From NCBI GenBank assembly GCA_001915025.1, contig MNDR01000081.1, forward strand, positions 18,814 to 82,813: a stretch of 64,000 nucleotides of DNA. Reading direction: 5' to 3'. Made by a program: the position numbers and the translations under genes. This stretch comes from Gemmatimonadetes bacterium 13_2_20CM_2_65_7. GTDB lineage: Bacteria > Gemmatimonadota > Gemmatimonadetes > Gemmatimonadales > GWC2-71-9. Every line of letters begins with the position of its first letter. Position 1 is the stretch's first letter. Of the stretch, positions 29,421 through 37,634 are shown piece by piece. Under the pieces are notes generated by a model. The model searched no databases and was not told the DNA's origin. It saw nothing but the letters and a program-made list of their open reading frames with translations.

Positions 29421-32400
29421 GTGCGGTACCTTAGACGCAGGCAAGCTGGCCGCCCGTCCTCATCCAAGTCTCAACACATTGTGACTGCTCACCTTCAGCT
29501 CAACGTTTTCGGACCGCCAGAGCTCGTTCGCGGGGGGACGCCGGGGCCCGGCGCGCCCGTTCGGTTCCGCACCAAGAAACACCTCGCTGTCCTCCTGTAC
29601 CTGCATTTCGAGGGACGCGCGCGCCCCATCCCGCGTGATCGTCTGGTGGATTTGCTCTGGCCGGACGTTCCTGCCGCGAAAGGCCGGCATTCGCTCTCGC
29701 AGGCGTTGCTCGCCATTCGCTCCCGCCTGGGCCGTGATGCCGTGACCGGTGGTGAAGAGGACGTGCAGATGCTGGCGGAGTTGCCGTCCGACCTGTCCAC
29801 CCTACAGCACGGCGCCGGCGCAACGATGGCGGCGGAACCCCTGCGAGGCCTCGAAGACTGTGGCAGCGCCGAGTTCTCGCATTGGGTCGACGGTGCGCGC
29901 GCCCGGCTGAGGATCGAGGCGCGTGACACGCTGCGCGCGGCACTTCAGGCATCGCGCGCTCGAGGCGATGCGGCAGAGACGCAAGGGCTCGCGGCAGCGC
30001 TCTATGAGATCGACCCGCTGTGCGCGGAGGCCGTGTACGCGCTCGCCGAGCGATCGTTGCTCGACCGCGATACCGTAGCCGCCGTGCGGTTGCTCAAGCA
30101 TCACATCGAGCGAGCCCGAGCCGAGCTCGGCACCAATCCGAATCCCGAGATCGCGCGGCTCTTCCGCCGTCTGGAACGCGGCGAGCGACCTGCCGTTGCC
30201 GGCGCAACGGCTGCGTTGGACGAGGGACGCATGCGGCCACACTTACTCATCGGCCGTGGGGCCGAGCTGGGACGGCTGGAGGCGATCGCGAATAGCGTGG
30301 TCGATCGCGCGCGCCCCGACTACGAGACCTGCTTGATCAGCGGCGCTCCAGGCATCGGGAAGAGCTCGCTGATCCGCCGCTTCGCCACGTCGCTTCAGGC
30401 GCGGGCCTGGCCGGTGTTCACGGTCTCGTGTCAGGAAATCGGCCAAGGCATTCCCTACGCGGGGATTTCGGAGCTCATCACCGCTCTGGGGCGAGATCCG
30501 GCGGCCGGCGGCACCGACCCGCACTGGCTGGCAGAGGCGACGCGCGTGTGTCCAGGTCTGCGCGCGATCTACCCTGGCATCCCCGAAGCCCCCGCAGCGC
30601 CGACCGACTCGATTCGTCTGCGAGTTGCTGAAGCCGTGCTGCGCATGATCGAAGCCGTGGCGGACGACGGCCCCGTGTTGCTCGCGTTCGACGATCTCCA
30701 GTTTCTCGATCCTGCCAGTCAGGAAGTGCTATTCCTGGTGACACGGCGACCGGGGAGCGTACTCGCGTTCATCCTCGCAGGAGCCCGCCCGGGCGAGGTG
30801 AGCGGGTTGCCGTGGACGGAAACAGTGGAGCTCCACCCGCTCGATCGTTCGCAAGCCTTGACGCTCATCCGCGATCTCTCGACGGACTCCAAACCGCCGG
30901 AGGCCGAGATTCGCGATGCGATCGTACGTCTGGCGCAGGGAAATCCGTATCACATCGAGGTGCTCCTGACCGATTGGCGCATGCACCAGGAGCACTCACT
31001 GGTTGCGGCCGAGAGCATCGGCGATGGTGTGGCGTTATCGTGGGCGCCGCCGGAGGATTTGCGCGCAGCCTTCGCGCGACAGTACGGTGGTCTGTCGACC
31101 GACGCCCAGCACGTACTCCAGGTACTCGCGGTCGCGGGCAAGGCGATGTCGCCGCAGGACGTCTCGAGTCTACTCGGATTGACCGAAGGGGCGAGCGAGC
31201 GCGTGGTGCTCGAGATGCTGGATCGGGGCGTCGGCCGCGTGGAGGAAGGCCGGCTGTCATTCAAGAATGAGCTGTACCGGGCGTATGTGTATCACGCGAT
31301 GGGAACCGACCGGCGCATGTACCACCACGCGCAATTCGCGCAACGCCTGAGGGAAGGAAATCCGCTCGAGCTCGTTCATCACTACATCGGCGCGGGTCTG
31401 GAGCAGCAAGCCATGAAGACCGGGCTCGTCGCCGCCGAGATCGCGATCGCGCATGGCGCGCCGCGCGAGGCGGAGCGACTGCTGACCTGGTTGCTCAGGG
31501 CCTACACTGTGCCGCCGGAGTCACGGCTCCGGTTGCTGTTGGCCCATGCCTTGGCCGCAGCCGCGCAGTATCAACGCGCGCTGGACGCGTTGGACGACTG
31601 GCGGGACGACACCGCTTCCCCGACGGATCGGGCCCTTGCCGCGCTGATTCGTGCCGATGCGCTGCAGCGCGCGCGTTTGGGCGGGGATGACGCGATCATG
31701 CGGGCGGCGCAGCAGGCGATTGCGTTAGCCGAACAAGCAGACGCCACGCCGTTCTTGCTCCGCGCGAACTACACACGCTTGGAAGTTGCGATCGATGCGG
31801 GAGACATCGCCGCGCGGGCGGACGCCGAGGCGTTGGCGGCGAAAATTGCCGCGTCACCTGCGAGCCCCGAGTGCGTTGCCCTGGCGAACCTCACCCTGGG
31901 GCAGTGTGCGCTCGCGAGCGGCGAGTTTGCCGAAGCCGTGCAGCGGCTCACGCTCGCAGCGCCCGTGCTGGAATCGCTGGGGCTGCTGGTGGAGTTGCGC
32001 CGTGTGTTGAACACGCTGGGCATTGCCTATCGAGGCATGGGTCGATTCGCGGACGCGACCGGAGTGTTTCGCGAGAACGTCGTGGTCTCCGAACGGTCCG
32101 GCCATCAAGGAGCAGTGCTACAGAGCCGTTTGATTCTCGGGAACGTGTATCACGATCTCGGCTGCTTCGGCGCTGCGGTCGACAGCATGGGGGTAGTGGT
32201 TGCCGCGCTCGAAACGCTCACCACGCCGCGCGCATGGGCCGAGGCGTATTCCAACATCGCACGATTGGCGCTGGTCCTGGGCAACGCGTCAGAAGCGGAA
32301 CTGGCAGTGGAACGTTGCGACGACGGTGCGCGGCGATCGGGACTCTGGCGCCACAAAGTGAGCGCGCTGATGGCACGTGCGGATCTCCACCTGAGCAAGG

Positions 32401-32867
32401 GTCAGCCCGCGTTAGCCTGGCCGCTCGTTGAGGAAGCGGCACGACTCACTGGAGATCGTTCCCATCTATTGCCGGATGGCGGGCTCTACGTGCGACTGCA
32501 GCATCAGTTATTGTGGGCGACTCGAGGCTACGGAGCCTTGAAATCGATCGGCCCGCGCGTGCGCATCGCCATGTTTGACTCGCTGGTCGACGCGCTGGAG
32601 GTGCGTCTGTTCGATGAGGCGGTCGCCTCCATCGCCGATGACTCGGTCGCGTCGAGAGCGCCGGTGCTGGACGAAGCCGTGAGAAAGGGATTGCTCGGAC
32701 CGCTCGCCCGGCTGTCCGCGTATGGCGTTCACCATCCCGGCGTTCCGCCACGTTTGAACGGCGAATCGGCTGCCCAGCTCATTGCGCGCATCTTCCCGCA
32801 CCCTCAGCGCGCGGCGATTCCGACCTCGGTGGGTATTTTCGGGACGGCTGGAGCGCGGTCGAACTAG
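29421..32867 (+). CDS. AfsR-like regulator: SARP (OmpR-type wHTH + BTAD) - P-loop STAND NTPase - TPR
   Basis: N-terminus LQLNVFGPPELVRGG...RFRTKKHLAVLLYLHFEGRARPIPRDRLVDLLWPD. Walker A ISGAPGIGKSSL. Walker B VLLAFDDLQFLD. Long C-terminal helical/TPR region. The start may instead be GTG 29481. Confidence 0.75.
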   Translation: MRYLRRRQAGRPSSSKSQHIVTAHLQLNVFGPPELVRGGTPGPGAPVRFRTKKHLAVLLYLHFEGRARPIPRDRLVDLLWPDVPAAKGRHSLSQALLAIRSRLGRDAVTGGEEDVQMLAELPSDLSTLQHGAGATMAAEPLRGLEDCGSAEFSHWVDGARARLRIEARDTLRAALQASRARGDAAETQGLAAALYEIDPLCAEAVYALAERSLLDRDTVAAVRLLKHHIERARAELGTNPNPEIARLFRRLERGERPAVAGATAALDEGRMRPHLLIGRGAELGRLEAIANSVVDRARPDYETCLISGAPGIGKSSLIRRFATSLQARAWPVFTVSCQEIGQGIPYAGISELITALGRDPAAGGTDPHWLAEATRVCPGLRAIYPGIPEAPAAPTDSIRLRVAEAVLRMIEAVADDGPVLLAFDDLQFLDPASQEVLFLVTRRPGSVLAFILAGARPGEVSGLPWTETVELHPLDRSQALTLIRDLSTDSKPPEAEIRDAIVRLAQGNPYHIEVLLTDWRMHQEHSLVAAESIGDGVALSWAPPEDLRAAFARQYGGLSTDAQHVLQVLAVAGKAMSPQDVSSLLGLTEGASERVVLEMLDRGVGRVEEGRLSFKNELYRAYVYHAMGTDRRMYHHAQFAQRLREGNPLELVHHYIGAGLEQQAMKTGLVAAEIAIAHGAPREAERLLTWLLRAYTVPPESRLRLLLAHALAAAAQYQRALDALDDWRDDTASPTDRALAALIRADALQRARLGGDDAIMRAAQQAIALAEQADATPFLLRANYTRLEVAIDAGDIAARADAEALAAKIAASPASPECVALANLTLGQCALASGEFAEAVQRLTLAAPVLESLGLLVELRRVLNTLGIAYRGMGRFADATGVFRENVVVSERSGHQGAVLQSRLILGNVYHDLGCFGAAVDSMGVVVAALETLTTPRAWAEAYSNIARLALVLGNASEAELAVERCDDGARRSGLWRHKVSALMARADLHLSKGQPALAWPLVEEAARLTGDRSHLLPDGGLYVRLQHQLLWATRGYGALKSIGPRVRIAMFDSLVDALEVRLFDEAVASIADDSVASRAPVLDEAVRKGLLGPLARLSAYGVHHPGVPPRLNGESAAQLIARIFPHPQRAAIPTSVGIFGTAGARSN

Positions 32868-32868
32868 C

Positions 32869-34356
32869 TCAGCGCGCCTCTTCCCACCGTCTCGCCCGAT
32901 CGAGCGCCTTTTGCCACCCTGACTCGAGCTGCTTGCGTTGCGCTTGCTTCATCGCTGGTGTGAAGCGGCGATCGACCTGCCACTGCGCGGCAATCTGTTT
33001 TTGATCCTTCCAATAGCCGACCGCTAATCCGGCCAAATACGCGGCGCCGAGTGCTGTGGTCTCGGTGACTTTGGGCCGCACCACGGGGACGTCAAGCAGG
33101 TTCGACTGAAACTGCATCAGCAGATTGTTCGCCGACGCGCCGCCGTCCACACGCAGCTCCTTCAGTTTAATCTTCGCGTCGGCCTCCATCGCCCGTAGCA
33201 CGTCGGCCACCTGAAACGCGATTCCCTCGAGCGCCGCACGCGCGATGTGGGCCGCGGTCGTGCCGCGCGTGACGCCCGCGACCAGGCCGCGCGCGTATTG
33301 GTCCCAATGCGGCGCACCCAACCCGGCGAACGCGGGGACGAGATACACGCCCTCCGGGTCCGTGACCTGCGAAGCCAACGCTTCGACTTCCGACGACGAC
33401 TTGATGATGCCCAGCCCATCGCGCAACCACTGCACGACTGCGCCCGCGATGAAGATGCTGCCTTCGAGCGCGTACTCGGTGCGCTTGCCGATGCGCCACG
33501 CCACGGTCGTCAGGAGATTGTGCTTCGACACGATCGGTTTGGTGCCGGTGTTCATGAGCATGAAGCAGCCGGTGCCGTAGGTGTTCTTCACCATGCCGGG
33601 CTCGGTGCACGCCTGGCCGAACAGCGCCGCCTGCTGGTCGCCCGCGATGCCCGCAATCGGAATCGCGCCACCGAACAGCGTCGTCTCGCCGTACACTTCG
33701 CTTGAGGAGCGCACCGCCGGCAACATTGAGCGCGGTACGCCGAACAATCTCAGCAGCTCATCGTCCCAATCGCCCGTCCGCACGTTGAACAGCATCGTCC
33801 TCGAGGCGTTGCTCGGATCGGTCGCATGCACTCGGCCACCCGTGAGATTCCAGAGGAGCCAGGTATCCACGGTGCCAAACGCGAGCTTGCCGGCTTTTGC
33901 CTTGGCGCGCGCACTGGGGACGTTGCGCAGAATCCACGCGAGCTTGGTGCCCGAGAAGTAGGCGTCCACGACGAGGCCGGTCTTGCGCTTGATCAGCGGG
34001 GCGAGCCCGCGCGCTTTCAGCCGATCGCACGCAGCGGCCGTGCGACGATCCTGCCACACGATGGCGTGATGCACCGGCGTGCCGGTTTCGCGGTCCCACA
34101 CGACGGTCGTTTCGCGCTGATTCGTGATGCCGATGGCGGCGATATCGGCCGCCGTCAGTCGCGCTTTCCCAATCGCTTCCGACGCCGTGTGCAGCTGCGA
34201 CGCCCAGATCTCGGTCGCATCGTGCTCCACCCAGCCGGGCTTCGGGAAGATCTGCCGAAACTCCCTTTGCGCCGATGACACGACGTTGCCGCCATGATCG
34301 AATACGATCGTGCGCGAGCTGGTCGTGCCTTGGTCGAGGGCCAGGATGTGCTTCAT
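32869..34356 (-). CDS. glpK: Glycerol kinase
   Basis: [47 protein letters not shown]. Full length (495 aa). Confidence 0.95.
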   Translation of the reverse strand: MKHILALDQGTTSSRTIVFDHGGNVVSSAQREFRQIFPKPGWVEHDATEIWASQLHTASEAIGKARLTAADIAAIGITNQRETTVVWDRETGTPVHHAIVWQDRRTAAACDRLKARGLAPLIKRKTGLVVDAYFSGTKLAWILRNVPSARAKAKAGKLAFGTVDTWLLWNLTGGRVHATDPSNASRTMLFNVRTGDWDDELLRLFGVPRSMLPAVRSSSEVYGETTLFGGAIPIAGIAGDQQAALFGQACTEPGMVKNTYGTGCFMLMNTGTKPIVSKHNLLTTVAWRIGKRTEYALEGSIFIAGAVVQWLRDGLGIIKSSSEVEALASQVTDPEGVYLVPAFAGLGAPHWDQYARGLVAGVTRGTTAAHIARAALEGIAFQVADVLRAMEADAKIKLKELRVDGGASANNLLMQFQSNLLDVPVVRPKVTETTALGAAYLAGLAVGYWKDQKQIAAQWQVDRRFTPAMKQAQRKQLESGWQKALDRARRWEEAR

Positions 34357-35087
34357 GTCGCCGACCAGGCCACCTTATAAAGGAAGGCGGCGATCAGACC
34401 GCCGATGATCGGTCCGGCAATCGGGATCCACGCATAGCCCCAATCGGAGTCTCCCTTGCCCGGAATCGGTAGTATCGCGTGTGCGATCCGGGGACCCAGA
34501 TCGCGCGCCGGGTTGATCGCGTAGCCGGTCGGCCCGCCAAGCGACAGGCCGATGGCCCACACGATGATCCCGACCAGTGCCGGTCCGAGGCCCACATCCC
34601 AGCTATAGGCCGGGTTCAGATTCTTTGGCGTCAGGATGGCCAGCACGCCGAGCACGAGCACCGCGGTCCCGATGATTTCGGTCACGAGGTTGGAGATCGA
34701 GTTGCGGATGGCGGGGGCGGTGCAGAAGACGACGAGCTTCAGCCCCTGGCTTTCAGTAACGCGCCAGTGCGGCAGGTATGCGAGCCACACGATCGTCGCA
34801 CCAAGCACCGCGCCCAGCATCTGTGCGGCGATGTAGAGCGGCACCTTCGACCACGCGAATTTGCCGATGGACGCGAGGGCGATGGTGATGGCGGGATTGA
34901 TGTGCGCGCCGCTGAACGTGCCGACGGCATAGACGGCGACCGTCACAGCGAACGCCCAGCCCGCGGTGATGACGATCCAGCCAGAATTCTGACCCTTGGT
35001 TTGACTGAGCACCACGTTGGCCACCACGCCGTCGCCCAGGATGATGAGCAGCATGGTGCCGAGGAGCTCGGCGAGAAAGGGAGACAT
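34353..35087 (-). CDS. glpF: Glycerol uptake facilitator (MIP/aquaporin family)
   Basis: Two NPA boxes ([12 protein letters not shown] and [13 protein letters not shown]). Six TM helices. ATGA-type overlap with glpK. Confidence 0.9.
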   Translation of the reverse strand: MSPFLAELLGTMLLIILGDGVVANVVLSQTKGQNSGWIVITAGWAFAVTVAVYAVGTFSGAHINPAITIALASIGKFAWSKVPLYIAAQMLGAVLGATIVWLAYLPHWRVTESQGLKLVVFCTAPAIRNSISNLVTEIIGTAVLVLGVLAILTPKNLNPAYSWDVGLGPALVGIIVWAIGLSLGGPTGYAINPARDLGPRIAHAILPIPGKGDSDWGYAWIPIAGPIIGGLIAAFLYKVAWSAT

Positions 35088-35279
35088 GAGGCGGCGAAGG
35101 TATCAGTGAGGTGGGGAGTTGTCTACGATGCGCATTCGTGCCCTGCTCGCGTGACGCGAGTCACACTCCGTTGGTTCGCGCGACAACGCCTGTTACGAGC
35201 GTGACCGAGCGGAGCGTCATTGGTCTTTATAGTATTCGACACTCACGCTAAGCACTGGTCGCAACAACCGGAGGTTTTG

Positions 35280-35961
35280 ATGCACGGAACACGATCGTTA
35301 CTCCTCCTCGCTCCCGTAGCGCTGCTCTTCACCGCTTGCAGCCCAACCGCACCCCACCCATCACAACGAATCAGTCTGTCGGCTACGATCGGGTCGGCCG
35401 CGCATTCCGCTGCGTCGGGCATCGCTGCGGACGTCATCGTCGGTGGGAGCGGCGGCAAGGTGCGCATCACGTCGGCCCAAATGGTGCTGTCTCACCTCAA
35501 GCTGGCGGGCGATGCGGCTTGCTCGAGCAGCTCTGACGGCGAGGCCACCGAGGCCGACGCCAGCGAGCCCGACGGCAACGACAACGACGAGAACGACTGC
35601 GAGTCCATGGATGTCGCGCCCCTGCTGATTGACCTGCCACTCGATGGGTCCACCAAGGTGATCCTCGACGCCGTCGTCCCGGCGGGTACCTACACCGGGT
35701 TGCGGGCGAAGCTCGAGGCGGTCGAGGGCGATGACGACGGCGCGAGCGCGTTTCTCACCGCCCACCCCGAATTTCAAGGCATCAGCGTGAAGGTCGGCGG
35801 CGTGGGGTAGCTGGTTCACGGACGCGTCCGGCGCTGTGATCGATCCTACGAACGCCGCGAACCAGGAGGCGATCGAGCAGGCCATTCGCGCGTCGCTCAG
35901 TGCGTTCGAAGATGACAACCACGACGGCAACGACGATCACGAGGCGAGCGGCGGCCACTAA
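35280..35961 (+). pseudogene. DUF4382-like lipoprotein gene interrupted by a +1 frameshift near 35791-35808
   Basis: Frame 0 runs from ATG 35280 (GGAGG SD; MHGTRSLLLLAPVALLFTAC) and ends at TAG 35808-35810. The +1 frame continues WGSWFTDASGAVIDPTNAANQEAIEQAIRASLSAFEDDNHDGNDDHEASGGH to TAA 35959-35961, directly before a strong terminator. Confidence 0.5.
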
Positions 35962-35989
35962 GCGCCATCCCAACTGACTGAAACAGCAA

Positions 35990-36025
35990 GCCCCACTGCG
36001 AGTGCCGCAGTGGGGCTTTTTCTTC
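35990..36025 (+). terminator. Rho-independent terminator (usable from both convergent genes)
   Basis: GCCCCACTGCG-agtgc-CGCAGTGGGGC followed by TTTTTCTTC. Lies between the 35961 stop (+) and the 36046 stop (-). Confidence 0.75.
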
Positions 36026-36045
36026 GTCCCGGTACCCGAGTCCGT

Positions 36046-36507
36046 TCAGCTTGCCTGTTTCTCCGCTTCCTTGGCGTCCCGATCAGCCTGCCGTTGCGCT
36101 TGGCGCGCGTCGGCAGCGGAGAGCCCTAGGCCCTGGAGTGTCTGCCCGATACTCTTGCCGCTCTTCAAACCATCCAGGATCGCCTGGGTCGTGATGCTCG
36201 GGTTCTTCTCGCTCAGGTTGCGCGCCAGCATGTTGGCCGCAACGAACTGCCCGCGCTTCAGGTTGGGGTTCGCCTGCTTCGCCGCTAGATAGGCGCTCTC
36301 GAGGTCGGCGGGCGACATGCCGAGCTTCGCGGCGATCCCCTTGAACGAGTCACGGGCTTTCGCCGTCGGCGCCATCGCCGATGGGTTCCCCGCCCGATGG
36401 CTCCTCGGCGTCTGCGCGGGCTTCTGCGCGACGGCTGCTGAGTACATAGCGAGCGCGAGCCCGCAGACGAGCGCCGTGCTCGTGCACAATCTCGATGTCA
36501 CATTCAT
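36046..36507 (-). CDS. Secreted hypothetical protein (153 aa)
   Basis: ATG 36507 preceded by GGAGGAACGTTC. Signal peptide MNVTSRLCTSTALVCGLALAMYSAAVAQ. The 350-aa ORF-track version overlaps the opposite-strand gene and was rejected. Confidence 0.5.
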   Translation of the reverse strand: MNVTSRLCTSTALVCGLALAMYSAAVAQKPAQTPRSHRAGNPSAMAPTAKARDSFKGIAAKLGMSPADLESAYLAAKQANPNLKRGQFVAANMLARNLSEKNPSITTQAILDGLKSGKSIGQTLQGLGLSAADARQAQRQADRDAKEAEKQAS

Positions 36508-36609
36508 GAACGTTCCTCCGGTTTGGGTCCTCGCGCCTAGGACTGCCCGAAGGCGCCAAAGGTCACGTTGGGCGGTGTGACGCTGCGCACGGGAGCTGGG
36601 TGTTAAGGC

Positions 36610-37440
36610 GTGCGCATTCCCGTTCGCTGTTTCATTCTGCTCGCGCTGCTCGGCGCAGCGCCCCTTCGTGCCCAGACGCTCGCTGTGGGTGGCACGGCCG
36701 GTGCCGTGAAACTTACCTCTCAGCGCTCCGAGCAGGCATTTACTGGCGTCGTGCAGCTCCAGGCGGCTCCGTGGCTCAGCTTGTCCGCGACGCCCTCGTT
36801 CGTCCACGTCTCCGATGTCGTGAGCGGCCGATCGGTGTCGAGCAACGGGATTGGCGACCTGCCGCTTTCCGCCGATGCGTTTCACGCGTTCCCGACGGCC
36901 GGTTCGCCGGTCCTGGCGTCGGCGCTCACGGTGGTGTTTCCGACGGGGAACGCGGCATGCGGACTCGGGAGCGGGGAGACGTCGTTCGGGCTCGACCTCG
37001 GGGCCGGTGTGTCGCCAGGCCCGCGACTCCACCTGTCGGCAGATGCGAGCCGCAGCATCAGCGGCCTCTCGGCCCAATCCACTCTGAGCGCACCGCACGC
37101 GACGTCCCTTCGGGGCGAGGCGAGCTATGACTTCGCGCCCCGCTGGACCACGAGCGTCTCGCTCGGCGTCGACGTGGGCCAGTCAGATTCGACGCAGCCC
37201 CTGAGCCGCACATTGGGTGCGGGGATATCCCATGCCCTCGCGGGGACGCTCACCCTCACCGTGGATGCAGGCGTGGGGCTCTCGGTGGTGTCGCCCAAGT
37301 GGGCGCTGTCGGTGGGCATTGGCAGAGTGTTTGCCGGCACGTCGCCGATCAGCCTGGCGTCGCCGTCCAAGCGTCTCAAGTCGACCTTCGTGGGCGGCGT
37401 GAGCCGCGGGAGCGGAGGAGGGAAGATCGGGTGTCGCTGA
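36610..37440 (+). CDS. Putative outer-membrane beta-barrel protein
   Basis: Signal peptide ...LLGAAPLRAQT. Alternating-hydrophobicity beta-strand pattern throughout, Gly/Ser/Ala-rich. Confidence 0.45.
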   Translation: MRIPVRCFILLALLGAAPLRAQTLAVGGTAGAVKLTSQRSEQAFTGVVQLQAAPWLSLSATPSFVHVSDVVSGRSVSSNGIGDLPLSADAFHAFPTAGSPVLASALTVVFPTGNAACGLGSGETSFGLDLGAGVSPGPRLHLSADASRSISGLSAQSTLSAPHATSLRGEASYDFAPRWTTSVSLGVDVGQSDSTQPLSRTLGAGISHALAGTLTLTVDAGVGLSVVSPKWALSVGIGRVFAGTSPISLASPSKRLKSTFVGGVSRGSGGGKIGCR

Positions 37441-37634
37441 GCCCCGACTAGCTCAGCCGCTCGTAGTGACGTCCATCACCCCTCGCCGGGCCGCGTCCTC
37501 TACATTTGCCCCCGGCACTCATGCCGTTCCAGGACGGGCAGTGCCCACCCGCCCCCTCACGCTGTTGATCCAGAGGTGCCGCGCACCCGGCTCCCGCGCT
37601 TGTTCCCGGAGCCCTCTTCTCGAGGGATCGGATC

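Noticed and set aside
35146-35160. Palindrome CTCGCGT-G-ACGCGAG upstream of glpF, considered as a GlpR-type operator
   Set aside because: It is a single short GC-rich palindrome in GC-rich DNA. No second half-site array and no regulator gene nearby, so the evidence is insufficient.
36508-37098. Upstream 197 codons of the 350-aa ORF 36046..37098 (-)
   Set aside because: It is Arg-rich nonsense antisense to the beta-barrel gene 36610-37440. A strong SD plus ATG plus signal peptide occur at 36507.
37441-37520. tRNA-like string GCCCCGACTAGCTCAGCC... (resembles an acceptor stem plus D-loop TAGCTCAG)
   Set aside because: No complementary D-stem (GCTC is not followed by GAGC). No anticodon arm and no GTTCGAATC-type T-arm. 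No 3' acceptor complement within 90 nt.
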